NCBI GenBank assembly: GCA_902577765.1
Contig: CACHAK010000005.1
Span: 3,283 to 67,282 of the forward strand
Length of the DNA stretch: 64,000 nt
Direction of reading: 5' to 3'
Source of the DNA: an uncultured Pelagibacteraceae bacterium
Lineage (GTDB): Bacteria; Pseudomonadota; Alphaproteobacteria; Pelagibacterales; AG-422-B15
A model generated the notes under the pieces. It did not search any database and had not been told where the DNA came from. It saw only the letters and a list, made by a program, of their open reading frames with translations. The first letter of the stretch is position 1. Each line of letters starts with the position of its first letter. Made by a program: the position numbers and the translations under genes. Below are positions 45,115-55,323 of this stretch, piece by piece.

Positions 45115-47550
45115 ATGAAAAACAAAGCTAAAGTTGTCGTCATTGGTGGCGGTGTAGTTGGAGTTAGTTCGCTTTACCACCTTGCAAAAAAAGGATGGTC
45201 TGATGTTGTTTTGTGCGAACGCAAAGAACTTACATCAGGTTCGACGTGGCACGCTGCGGGTTTGATGCCTTTATTCAACATGAGTTACTCTGTTGGTCAA
45301 ATCCATAAATACTCAGTTAAATTTTATCAAGAACTTGAAAAAGAAACTGGTCAAGATGTTGGCTTTAGGCAAGTAAGTAATATTCGACTTGCTGAAAACC
45401 AGGATAGAATGGATGAGTATCGTCAATATGCAGGTGTTGCGGAAACAATAGGTGTTAAAGTCAATTTTTTAACTCCCGAAGAAGTTCAAAAAGTTTGGCC
45501 GCTTTGTTCAACTGAGGGCTTAGTGGGTGCTATACAGCACCCTGAGGATGGATACATACAACCCAATGATCTTACGCAAGCTCTAGCAAAAGGAGCAAGA
45601 GCGCTTGGAGCTGAAATTTACAGACAAACAGCAGTCATAGGACTTGAACAGTTACCAGATGATAGTTGGATTGTTACAACTGATAAAGGTGAAATCAAAT
45701 GTGATATTGTTGTTTCATGCTCGGGAAATTTTGTCAGGCAAACCGGAGAAATGGTTGGATTAGATATCCCAGTGATACCTGTTGAGCATCAATATATCGT
45801 TACAGAAGCTCATCCTAAAATTCTAGAAAGACAAAAAGAAGGCCTTCCTGAAATGGGTGTACTTAGAGGATCTGACGGCGCATGGTATATGCGTGAGGAA
45901 GCTGGTGGATTAATTCTTGGACCATATGAAAATGGTGCACCATGTTGCTATGTCAATGGACCTAGCAAAGACTGTGAGTATGAATTATTCCAAGAAGACT
46001 TAGACAGACTTGGCCCCCATATAGAGCATGCCATTCACAGAGTTCCTATTTTTGGAGAAGCAGGAATTAAGAAAGTTTATAATGGTGCTATTTGTTATAC
46101 TCCAGATGGAAGCCCAATTATCGGTCCAGCATGGGATAGAAAAAATTTATATTTAAATGACGGTCATTCGTTTGGCGTTACAGCTGCTGGTGGTGCAGGC
46201 TGGCAGATCGCAGAATGGATTGTTGATGGCGAACCGACTATTGATATGCTCGGGGTTGAACCCAGAAGGTTTGGCGATTACGCATCAAAATCATATTTAA
46301 TCAAAAAAAATGAAGAGGCTTATGCAAACGTTTTCACAATCCATTATCCTGATGAAGAAAGGCCCGCAGGCCGACCATTAAGACAAGCTCCTTGTTATGA
46401 TAGGTTGAAAAATTTAGGTGCAGTGTTTGGTCAAAAGTTTGGTTGGGAGCGCGCAAACTGGTTTGCTCCTGAAGGAGTTCCTCAAGAAGACGATTGGTCA
46501 TTCAGGCGATCAGCATGGTTTGAGCACATTGGAAATGAATGTAAAAATGTAACAGAAAATGTAGGTCTTTTAGATATGACCGCATTTGCAAAATGCAGAA
46601 TAAGCGGACCAGGAGCAGAAGAATTCCTAGATAATTTAGTTGCTAATAAATTACCAAAAAAGATAGGAAGGACAAATCTCTGTCATGCTTTGAATTCTAA
46701 AGGAGGAGTACACTCAGAATTTACAATAATGAGAGAGTCTCATGACAGTTTTTATTGTGTTTCTGCTGGAGCTTGGCAGCGGCTGGACCATGATTGGGTA
46801 AAAAAACATATGCCCGATGACAGAAGTGTAAAATTTGAAAATATTACAAATCAAATTGGAGTATTAGTTGTCGCTGGTCCGAAGTCGAGAGAACTTCTTC
46901 AAAGAGTATCTGAGGATGATTTCACAAATGAGGGTTTCCCTTGGCTATCTGGTAAAAAAGTAAAAATTGGTGCTGCAGAAACACTTGCAATAAGAGTAAA
47001 TTTCGTTGGCGAATTAGGATGGGAAATCCACTCACCAATTGAAGTACAAAATCATATATTCGATACATTAATGGATGCAGGAAAAGATCTGGGTTTAAAG
47101 CCTTTTGGCATAAGAGCAATGGACTCTTTGAGAATTGAGAAATCATACAAACTAATTGGTACAGAATTATCAATTGAATACGCAGGATATGAGTCAGGAA
47201 TAGACAGGTTCATTCACCCAAACAAAGGTCAATTCATAGGCAGAGATGCATTAGTTCAGTGGAGAGAAAAAGGTTTTGAAAATTCCTTCGTAACACTTGA
47301 AGTTCATGGCGTCAAAGATGCTGATGTGCTTGGCAATAATCCAATATATGCTGATGGCAAAGTTATTGGTCGCGCTACAGGTGGAAATTTTGGCTTTCGA
47401 GTTAATAAGTCTCTCGCTTTAGCTATGGTCAATCCAGCTCATTCAGAAGTAGGCACAAAGTTAAAGATCGATATTTTGGGAGATATGTTTGATGTAACGG
47501 TAATACCCGAAAGTCCATACGATCCTGATAATCAGAAACTTAGATCTTAG
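45115..47550 (+). CDS. Dimethylglycine dehydrogenase-like flavoprotein (DAO + GcvT domains)
   Basis: IGGGVVG, TSGSTWHAAG (covalent FAD His), YTPDG, GWERANW, FVGELGWEIH. Likely start 45115 (track 45094). Confidence 0.9.
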   Translation: MKNKAKVVVIGGGVVGVSSLYHLAKKGWSDVVLCERKELTSGSTWHAAGLMPLFNMSYSVGQIHKYSVKFYQELEKETGQDVGFRQVSNIRLAENQDRMDEYRQYAGVAETIGVKVNFLTPEEVQKVWPLCSTEGLVGAIQHPEDGYIQPNDLTQALAKGARALGAEIYRQTAVIGLEQLPDDSWIVTTDKGEIKCDIVVSCSGNFVRQTGEMVGLDIPVIPVEHQYIVTEAHPKILERQKEGLPEMGVLRGSDGAWYMREEAGGLILGPYENGAPCCYVNGPSKDCEYELFQEDLDRLGPHIEHAIHRVPIFGEAGIKKVYNGAICYTPDGSPIIGPAWDRKNLYLNDGHSFGVTAAGGAGWQIAEWIVDGEPTIDMLGVEPRRFGDYASKSYLIKKNEEAYANVFTIHYPDEERPAGRPLRQAPCYDRLKNLGAVFGQKFGWERANWFAPEGVPQEDDWSFRRSAWFEHIGNECKNVTENVGLLDMTAFAKCRISGPGAEEFLDNLVANKLPKKIGRTNLCHALNSKGGVHSEFTIMRESHDSFYCVSAGAWQRLDHDWVKKHMPDDRSVKFENITNQIGVLVVAGPKSRELLQRVSEDDFTNEGFPWLSGKKVKIGAAETLAIRVNFVGELGWEIHSPIEVQNHIFDTLMDAGKDLGLKPFGIRAMDSLRIEKSYKLIGTELSIEYAGYESGIDRFIHPNKGQFIGRDALVQWREKGFENSFVTLEVHGVKDADVLGNNPIYADGKVIGRATGGNFGFRVNKSLALAMVNPAHSEVGTKLKIDILGDMFDVTVIPESPYDPDNQKLRS

Positions 47551-47562
47551 CTACTTGAAAAA

Positions 47563-48618
47563 GTGTCAGAAGCTTTAAAAGTTTACGAACAGCTCTGTAA
47601 AGATAAGCATATTGAACATAATATTAAGCAAAAAGATTTAGTTATTGAATTAGATAAATTTTTGTCAGGTTCGAGCAGAAATTTTATAAAAAAACTATTT
47701 CGATATAATTTAAATCAAAAGAAATGCTTTTATTTATACGGGGGAGTGGGCATTGGAAAAACACTCATTATGGATTTATTCTATGATGACGTAAATTTCA
47801 AAGAAAAACAAAGAGTCCATTTTCATGAGTTTATGATTGATATACATGATCAGTTACACCAACTCAGAAATGAAAAAAATTCTAGAGATTTTATAATTTC
47901 AAAACTTGTAAAAGGTATTAAATCGAAATCAAGTCTCATATTTTTTGATGAATTCCAGGTCACAAATATAGCTGACGCAATGATTCTAGGGCATTTATTT
48001 GAGGAGTTCTTTAAAAATAATATTTTAATTGTATTAACTTCTAATTCCAGCCCAGAAGACTTATACAAAGATGGGCTGCAAAGAGAACTTTTTATTCCAT
48101 TTATTAATTTAATTAAAAATAACTCCTTAATTCATCATCTATCAATAGACATTGACTATAGAACAAGATCTTTAAAAGAAGAAAAGAACTTTTTTTTATC
48201 AAATTCACCAGTTAGCAAGCTTAAAATAAATGATATTTTTTCTATCCATTCAAATAAAACTTCAGTAGAGAATAAAGTAATAAGTGTGAAGAAGAGAAAT
48301 TTTGTTGTTAAGAATTTGTCTAATAGAATAGCTCGTTTTCAATTCAATGAAATTTGTGGAGATGATAGAGGCACTGAAGACTACCTCGAGTTAATTAAAT
48401 TAATTGATAGATTAATCGTTGAAAATGTTCCAAATTTTGGAAATACAAATTCTAATCTTCAAGAAAGATTTATTAATTTAATTGATGTTCTCTATGATAA
48501 TAAAATTAAATTATATTTAAGCACAGAAAAAGAAATAAGCGATCTTGGCAGTGCATATCATTTGAAAGATAAATTTAACAGAACCATAAGCAGACTTCTA
48601 GAAATGAAATCACAATAA
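47563..48618 (+). CDS. zapE: AFG1/ZapE family ATPase
   Basis: YGGVGIGKT, FFDEFQV, LTSN, RFINLIDVLYD, RTISRLLEM. Confidence 0.9.
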   Translation: MSEALKVYEQLCKDKHIEHNIKQKDLVIELDKFLSGSSRNFIKKLFRYNLNQKKCFYLYGGVGIGKTLIMDLFYDDVNFKEKQRVHFHEFMIDIHDQLHQLRNEKNSRDFIISKLVKGIKSKSSLIFFDEFQVTNIADAMILGHLFEEFFKNNILIVLTSNSSPEDLYKDGLQRELFIPFINLIKNNSLIHHLSIDIDYRTRSLKEEKNFFLSNSPVSKLKINDIFSIHSNKTSVENKVISVKKRNFVVKNLSNRIARFQFNEICGDDRGTEDYLELIKLIDRLIVENVPNFGNTNSNLQERFINLIDVLYDNKIKLYLSTEKEISDLGSAYHLKDKFNRTISRLLEMKSQ

Positions 48619-48624
48619 TTACAA

Positions 48625-49860
48625 ATGAAAATAGCAGTAATAGGAGCGGGAATAGTTGGTATTTCTTCAGCTAATTGGCTTAAGAAGTACGGTCAAGATG
48701 TGACTTTGTATGATATGAATGATCCTGGATCACAAGCAAGTTACGGCAATGCTGGAACTTATGCAAAATATGCAAATATACCAACAAATTCATCATCCTA
48801 TTTTTATTTATTTCCATATCTATTGCTAAACAAAAACAGCCCCTTATTCATTAGCCTAAAACGATTAAATGAAACATTTCCTTGGATTATTAAATACTTG
48901 AGCAATTGCAGAAATGAAAAAGTTAACCACACTGTTCAACATTTAACAACTTTACTGTCACATATGGATGATGGTTATGAAGATCTTTTCAACGAAGCAA
49001 ATGTAGAAAATTATATTTCAAGAGAGTCTATTATGTATGGATGGTCTACAAAATTATTTTTTAATGCTGCAAAACGAGATTTTTCTAAAAGAAAAGAAAC
49101 AGGAGTTAAAATAACAACTCTAAGTCGAGATGATATTTCTGATCTTGAACCTAATATTAATAATATCTTTTACAAAGGGGCCTTATTTGAAGGTAGTTAT
49201 TTTGCGAAAAGTCCGATCAAGGTTAGCGAAGCATTAATGAAACTGTTTATTAAAAAAGGAGGAAAATTCAAAAAAGAGAAAGTTATATCCATCAAAAAAA
49301 CTGAAACTAGTCAAATAAATATTAAAACAAACTCAGGAGAGACCCTGCACGATAGAGTCGTGATTACATCTGGAGTGTGGTCTAATGATCTGCTTAAGCA
49401 TATAGGCGACAAAGTGCCACTGGAAGCTGAGAGGGGCTACCATTTGGTCAATCCGGAATTGAAGAATATTGTAAAAAGACCAATATCTTGGCAAGAAAGA
49501 GGAACATATTTTACTCCTATGTCTGACGGTCTAAGAACGGGTGGAATTGTTGAATTTGGAGCGTTAAATGAAACAAAAAATGAAAAAGTCCTTAACTTTT
49601 TAAACCGAGCATTAAAGGAAGTTTTTCCCTCAGCAGACCTTCCTCAAAAAACATGGGTAGGGTTCAGGCCATCGGTGCCTGACTCTCTTCCAGTGATTGG
49701 ACAATCTCCAAAAAACCCTTATATTTATTATAATTTTGGTCATCAACATATTGGGTGGTCATTAGGTGGCATATCAGGAAAACTGGTTGCACAACAAATT
49801 TGCGCAAACAATACAGATTTAGATTTGTCACCGTATTCTGTAAAGAGGTTTAAGTTATGA
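48625..49860 (+). CDS. D-amino acid dehydrogenase-like FAD oxidoreductase
   Basis: IGAGIVG, QASYGNAG, ERGYH, WVGFRP, FGHQHIGWSLG. Confidence 0.85.
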   Translation: MKIAVIGAGIVGISSANWLKKYGQDVTLYDMNDPGSQASYGNAGTYAKYANIPTNSSSYFYLFPYLLLNKNSPLFISLKRLNETFPWIIKYLSNCRNEKVNHTVQHLTTLLSHMDDGYEDLFNEANVENYISRESIMYGWSTKLFFNAAKRDFSKRKETGVKITTLSRDDISDLEPNINNIFYKGALFEGSYFAKSPIKVSEALMKLFIKKGGKFKKEKVISIKKTETSQINIKTNSGETLHDRVVITSGVWSNDLLKHIGDKVPLEAERGYHLVNPELKNIVKRPISWQERGTYFTPMSDGLRTGGIVEFGALNETKNEKVLNFLNRALKEVFPSADLPQKTWVGFRPSVPDSLPVIGQSPKNPYIYYNFGHQHIGWSLGGISGKLVAQQICANNTDLDLSPYSVKRFKL

Positions 49861-51098
49861 AATACTCACTATACAATTTAGTTAAGAATTCATTTTCTTA
49901 TCATGAGAATTGGGAAAAAGCATGGAGCAGTCCTGATCTTAAACCTGAATATGATGTAGTAATAGTTGGAGGCGGCGGCCATGGATTAGGAACTGCCTAT
50001 TACCTAGCAAAAGAATTTGGTGTTAAAAATATTGCTGTTCTTGAGAAGGGATGGATTGGTGGGGGTAATACAGGACGTAACACAACCATAATAAGATCTA
50101 ATTACTTATGGGATGAAAGTGCAGCTCTTTATAATCATGCTGTTAATTTATGGGAAGGCCTTTCTAGTGAGCTTAATTTTAATGTAATGTTTTCACAAAG
50201 AGGTTTATTTCACTTAGCGCATTCGGTTCATGACATGCAAGAAATCACAAGGAGAGGTTATTCTAATTATTTAAATGGTATTGACGCTGAAATTCTAAAT
50301 CAGGATCAAGTCGCAAAAAAAATACCTCATATTAATGTTAATGGCAGGTATCCTGTTTTAGGGGCTTTACTTCAGAGGCGAGCGGGAACAGCTCGTCACG
50401 ATGCTGTAGCATGGGGGTATGCAAGAGCGGCAGAAAATCTTGGTGTCGATATAATTCAAAACTGTGAGGTTAAAGGAATAGATATTTCAAATGGCAAGGT
50501 TGTTGGATTACAAACAACAAAAGGTTCTGTTAAAGTTGATAAAGTTGGCCTCGTACCTGCTGGACACTCCTCAGTATTAGCTAATATGGCAGGTTTTTCT
50601 CTTCCAATAAACTCTGTACCCTTACAGGCTTTAGTTAGTGAACCTGTCAAACCAATCTTAGATTGTGTCATCATGTCAAACTCAGTTCATGTTTACGTAA
50701 GTCAATCCGATAAAGGTGAACTAGTTGTTGGAGCAGGCTCTGATGCCTACAATTCATATTCTCAGAGAGGATCCTTTGACATGATTGAACATATGATGGC
50801 TCCTTTAGTTGAATTATTCCCAATATTCTCAAGACTTAAAATGCTTCGCAGCTGGGGAGGCATTGTAGATGTAACCCCAGATAGAAGTCCAATAATAGGA
50901 AAGACCCCTGTAAAAGACTTGTTTATTAACTGCGGTTGGGGAACTGGAGGGTTTAAAGCAACTCCAGGGTCAGCTCATGTATTTGCTGAGACAGTTTTTA
51001 GAGGAGAGCCAAATGATATTGCAGCTCCTTTTTCATTAGAAAGACATTTCTCAGGAGCCTTAGTTGATGAAGCTGCAGCGGCAGCAGTTGCTCATTAA
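49857..51098 (+). CDS. soxB: Heterotetrameric sarcosine oxidase beta subunit
   Basis: GGGGHG, GRNTTIIRSNY, RHDAVAWGY, GWGTGGFK. Confidence 0.95.
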   Translation: MKYSLYNLVKNSFSYHENWEKAWSSPDLKPEYDVVIVGGGGHGLGTAYYLAKEFGVKNIAVLEKGWIGGGNTGRNTTIIRSNYLWDESAALYNHAVNLWEGLSSELNFNVMFSQRGLFHLAHSVHDMQEITRRGYSNYLNGIDAEILNQDQVAKKIPHINVNGRYPVLGALLQRRAGTARHDAVAWGYARAAENLGVDIIQNCEVKGIDISNGKVVGLQTTKGSVKVDKVGLVPAGHSSVLANMAGFSLPINSVPLQALVSEPVKPILDCVIMSNSVHVYVSQSDKGELVVGAGSDAYNSYSQRGSFDMIEHMMAPLVELFPIFSRLKMLRSWGGIVDVTPDRSPIIGKTPVKDLFINCGWGTGGFKATPGSAHVFAETVFRGEPNDIAAPFSLERHFSGALVDEAAAAAVAH

Positions 51099-51108
51099 TA
51101 ATTTTTTT

Positions 51109-51393
51109 ATGTTTATAATTAATTGTCCATATTGTGGGGAAAGAGATCAGACAGAATTTACATGTCACGGCGAAGCTCACATCGCAAGACCAGATAACCC
51201 ATCTGAAATAAGTGATGAAGAATGGGGCAGGTATCTTTTTTTTAGAGAAAATCCAAAAGGGACCCATTTTGAAAGATGGACTCACGATCATGGATGTAGA
51301 CGATGGTTTAATGTAATGAGAGACACTGTCACAGATGAAATAATAAAAACATATAAAATGGGCGAAGCGAAGCCAGTGATATCAAATGAGTAA
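51109..51393 (+). CDS. soxD: Sarcosine oxidase delta subunit
   Basis: CPYCG, NPKG, H..GC.RW. Likely start 51109 (track 51064). Confidence 0.95.
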   Translation: MFIINCPYCGERDQTEFTCHGEAHIARPDNPSEISDEEWGRYLFFRENPKGTHFERWTHDHGCRRWFNVMRDTVTDEIIKTYKMGEAKPVISNE

Positions 51394-54391
51394 TCAAAAT
51401 AGGACAATTTACGGCGGCAAAGTAAATAGGGAAAAGCCGATTAACTTTATTTTTAATGGAAAGCATTATGTTGGTTATCAGGGTGATACGCTAGCTTCTG
51501 CGTTATTGGCTAACGATGTTCATTTAATTGGTAGAAGTTTTAAGTATCATCGCGCAAGAGGAATATTAACTGCAGGTTCAGAGGAGCCAAATGCAATTGT
51601 TCAATTAGGACTTGGAGCACGAACAGAGCCAAATATTCGTGCGACAGAAGTAGAGCTTTATGAAGGACTAGAAGCTTCTAGCCAAAATTGTTGGCCATCA
51701 GTTAATTTTGACATAGGAGCAATGAACAACTTTCTATCAAGAATATTCCCTGCAGGTTTTTATTACAAAACATTTAAATGGCCTCCAAGCATGTGGTTAT
51801 TTTATGAGCATTTCATAAGAAAAGCTGCTGGTTTAGGTCAGTCACCTACAGCAAAAAACCCAGATAGATATGAACAGAAATTTTATTACACTGATATCAC
51901 TATTGTAGGTGGTGGCATCTCAGGTTTACTCGCAGCTTTGGGCGCAGGTCGTTCTGGCTGTAAAGTCTTACTTATAGATGAAAATCCAGAATTAGGAGGA
52001 TATCTACTAGATTATAATTTTAGTATCAATGAAAAAGACGGAAAAAAATGGCTGAAAAAAATCATAGATGAATTAAACAGCTTAGCTAATGTTGTAATTC
52101 TCAAAAGAACTACCGCAATGGGGTATTATGATTACAACTATTTAACGGCCTTAGAAAAAGTTACTAATCACCATGTAGAATTTTCAAGTACTTTACCGAG
52201 AGAGAGATATTGGCGCATACGTTCAAAAAAAGTTATTTTGGCACAAGGAGCTTTTGAAAGACCACTTGTTTTTGCCGACAATGATAGACCCGGTATCATG
52301 ATGGCGTCTGCAGGTCAAAAGTACCTCTCTAGGTACGGAGTATTACCGGGTAAGTCAGTTGTACTTTTTACTAACAATGACCATGCTTATTTAACGGCTT
52401 TTGAATTTGTGGAAAAGGGAGCTAAAGTTACAGTTGTAGATACAAGAGATCTTTTAAATGCAAAAATTAGTGAAAAATGTAAATCATTAAATATTACAGT
52501 TTTTAATTCTTATTCAGTTATTAAGACCTATGGTGATAAGAAAGTAAACAAAATTGAAATACAGCAAGTTGACAAAGATCAAAATCAACTAATAGGAGAA
52601 GTTGAAGATATTCAAACTGATTGTGTTTTAATGTCTGGCGGTTGGAACCCAGCAGTTCAACTGTTTAGTCAATCAAGAGGTAAATTAAAATACGATCTTA
52701 AGATAAATACTTTTGTTCCTGATAAAATCATCGAAAACCAAAAAATAATTGGTTCGAATAACGGTCAGTTTAATCTGCAAGAAAATCTTAATGAATCATT
52801 TGAAGCAGGAATAGCAGCAGCTAATGAACTTAATTTCAATAGTGTAGAAAAAGTTAATTGGACTGGAAAAGAAGAGATAGAATTCACACATTCAGATGTT
52901 GAGCCGTATATGCTAGGTAAGAAAAAAGTTACAAAAGGATCTAAGCATTTCATTGATTTTCAAAACGATGTAACTGCTGCAGATATTTTTCTAGCGCAAA
53001 GAGAGGGTTATATAAGTGTAGAACATACAAAAAGGTATACAACAACTGGAATGGGCACTGACCAAGGAAAAACTTCCAATGTTAATGCATTGGCTTTAAT
53101 GTCTCATATTCATAATAAACCTGTTGACGAAATAGGACACACAACCTTTAGACCGCCTTATGCTCCTCAGACAATCGGAGCAATAGCTGGAAGAAGTGTT
53201 GACAAACTTTTTGATCCTGAACGAAAAACATCAATGCATGAATGGCATGTTGAAAATAAAGCTGTATTTGAGGATGTTGGGCAATGGAAAAGACCATATT
53301 ATTTTCCACAAAACAAAGAGGATATTCACCAGGCAGTTAAAAGAGAATGTTTAGCAGTAAGGAACAGCCTGGGTATATTAGATGCATCAACTCTTGGAAA
53401 GATTGATTTACAAGGGTCTGATGCTGCCAAATTCCTCAATATGATTTACACAAACGCTTGGTCAAAACTTGAAATTGGCTCATGCAGATACGGATTAATG
53501 TGCAATGAGCATGGCATGATATTTGATGATGGGGTTACTAGTAGGTTGGGAGAAAATCATTACCACATGACAACAACAACAGGCGGTGCTGCAAGAGTAA
53601 TGTCCTGGTTGGAAGAATTTCTACAGACAGAATGGATTGATATGAAAGTGTTTTGCACCTCAGTTACTGAACAGTGGGCTGTGCTATCTGTATCGGGACC
53701 AAATTCAAGAGACTTTCTAAAAGATTTAACAAATATTGATTTATCAAAAGAAAATTTTCCATTCATGAAATTTAGAGAAGGGGAAGTTTGTGGAGTTAAA
53801 GCAAGGATATTTAGAATCAGCTTTACCGGAGAGTTAAGCTTTGAGGTTAATGTACCTGCACGTTATGGACGTTATGTTTGGGAAAAATTTATGGAACACG
53901 GAAAAAAATACAATATTACTCCATATGGTACAGAGGCAATGCATGTATTGCGAGCTGAGAAAGGGTTTATAATTGTTGGACAAGATACAGATGGAAGTGT
54001 CACGCCAAGTGATATGAATATGGATTGGATCGTTTCAAAGAAGAAAGAAGATTTTCTTGGAAAGAGATCCTTTACAAGACCTGATACCATTAGACATGAT
54101 AGAAAAAAATTTGTTGGACTTTTAGTTAATGACAAAAAAACAATCCTTCCAGAAGGATCACATATCGTTGAAAAGGCATTAAAACAGCCACCGATGAAAA
54201 TGTTAGGACATGTTACATCTAGTTATTACAGTCCTACTTTAGGTTATCCAATAGCTCTAGCGATGTTAAAAGATGGCTTTAGTAAAATGGGTGAACAGGT
54301 AGTTGTACCACTTATGAATGGTAAGATTATTGAAGCTACTGTGACAGATACAATATTTTACGACAAAGAAGGTAGGAGAAATAATGAGTAA
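51386..54391 (+). CDS. soxA: Sarcosine oxidase alpha subunit
   Basis: GDTLASALLAN, RSFKYHR, DFQNDV, KRYTTTGMGTDQGK, C-terminal GcvT domains. Confidence 0.95.
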   Translation: MSNQNRTIYGGKVNREKPINFIFNGKHYVGYQGDTLASALLANDVHLIGRSFKYHRARGILTAGSEEPNAIVQLGLGARTEPNIRATEVELYEGLEASSQNCWPSVNFDIGAMNNFLSRIFPAGFYYKTFKWPPSMWLFYEHFIRKAAGLGQSPTAKNPDRYEQKFYYTDITIVGGGISGLLAALGAGRSGCKVLLIDENPELGGYLLDYNFSINEKDGKKWLKKIIDELNSLANVVILKRTTAMGYYDYNYLTALEKVTNHHVEFSSTLPRERYWRIRSKKVILAQGAFERPLVFADNDRPGIMMASAGQKYLSRYGVLPGKSVVLFTNNDHAYLTAFEFVEKGAKVTVVDTRDLLNAKISEKCKSLNITVFNSYSVIKTYGDKKVNKIEIQQVDKDQNQLIGEVEDIQTDCVLMSGGWNPAVQLFSQSRGKLKYDLKINTFVPDKIIENQKIIGSNNGQFNLQENLNESFEAGIAAANELNFNSVEKVNWTGKEEIEFTHSDVEPYMLGKKKVTKGSKHFIDFQNDVTAADIFLAQREGYISVEHTKRYTTTGMGTDQGKTSNVNALALMSHIHNKPVDEIGHTTFRPPYAPQTIGAIAGRSVDKLFDPERKTSMHEWHVENKAVFEDVGQWKRPYYFPQNKEDIHQAVKRECLAVRNSLGILDASTLGKIDLQGSDAAKFLNMIYTNAWSKLEIGSCRYGLMCNEHGMIFDDGVTSRLGENHYHMTTTTGGAARVMSWLEEFLQTEWIDMKVFCTSVTEQWAVLSVSGPNSRDFLKDLTNIDLSKENFPFMKFREGEVCGVKARIFRISFTGELSFEVNVPARYGRYVWEKFMEHGKKYNITPYGTEAMHVLRAEKGFIIVGQDTDGSVTPSDMNMDWIVSKKKEDFLGKRSFTRPDTIRHDRKKFVGLLVNDKKTILPEGSHIVEKALKQPPMKMLGHVTSSYYSPTLGYPIALAMLKDGFSKMGEQVVVPLMNGKIIEATVTDTIFYDKEGRRNNE

Positions 54392-54968
54392 TCAACCGCA
54401 AATTTTTTCCCCTCTTACACAAAAAGAAAAAATCGCTTCGGATAATATTTCATTGGAGCCAATTGATTTTTTAGGAAAAATTAATTTGAGATTAAAGGAA
54501 GATGATGCACAAGCAAGAGATGCAGTAGAAAAATACCTTACATATAGTCTTCCAAAAAGTGCTGGTGAAGCTACTGGAAATAATGAGACTAGAGTTTTGT
54601 GGTTAGGACCAAATGAATATTTGTTATTAAGTGAAGATGAAAAAAAAGACAATGTTATCAATGGATTAAGAGAAATACTTTCAGATTTATTTTGCGCACT
54701 TACCGATGTATCTGATTATTATTTGACGATGAGGCTTAGTGGCCCAAAAAGTATTGAAGTCTTATCAAAAGCTTGCCCTCTTAATTTTGATCAATATCTC
54801 ACAAAAGGGAATTCTTGCGCTCAATCATATATAAGTAAGGCAACAGTCCTTATTGACAGATTATCAGATGACCTAGTTTTTGATATATCAGTTAGATGGA
54901 GTTTTGCTGATTATTTATGGGATTGGTTAGCGGATTCAAGCAATGAATTTATTTTAAGCGAAAAGTAA
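54384..54968 (+). CDS. soxG: Sarcosine oxidase gamma subunit
   Basis: LWLGPNEYL, TDVS, CAQS, RWSFADYLW.WL. Confidence 0.9.
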   Translation: MSNQPQIFSPLTQKEKIASDNISLEPIDFLGKINLRLKEDDAQARDAVEKYLTYSLPKSAGEATGNNETRVLWLGPNEYLLLSEDEKKDNVINGLREILSDLFCALTDVSDYYLTMRLSGPKSIEVLSKACPLNFDQYLTKGNSCAQSYISKATVLIDRLSDDLVFDISVRWSFADYLWDWLADSSNEFILSEK

Positions 54969-54973
54969 TTATT

Positions 54974-55321
54974 GTGAAAGTATCATTATTACTTGCCTTA
55001 TCTCGATCAGTTTTTAAAAAATGCCCGCAATGCGGAAAAGAAAAAATTTATAAGCAATATTTGAAACTGAAGCCTAATTGCAATAATTGTAATGAAAAGC
55101 TATCAATTTATAGAACTGATGATTTTGGTCCTTGGCTTACAATTATTATCGTTGGCCACATCATTGTTCCTCTAGTTTTATATATAGAACAAAACTATAC
55201 ACCTCAGTTATGGTTGCAAGCAATTACATGGATACCAATTACAATACTGACCGTACTCTATATGCTTCCGATATCAAAAAGTATATGCCTGGCTATATTA
55301 TGGAGCTTAAGGGATAAATAA
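54974..55321 (+). CDS. DUF983 family membrane protein
   Basis: CPQCG...CNNC knuckle, DDFGPW, two TM helices. Confidence 0.85.
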   Translation: MKVSLLLALSRSVFKKCPQCGKEKIYKQYLKLKPNCNNCNEKLSIYRTDDFGPWLTIIIVGHIIVPLVLYIEQNYTPQLWLQAITWIPITILTVLYMLPISKSICLAILWSLRDK

Positions 55322-55323
55322 TT

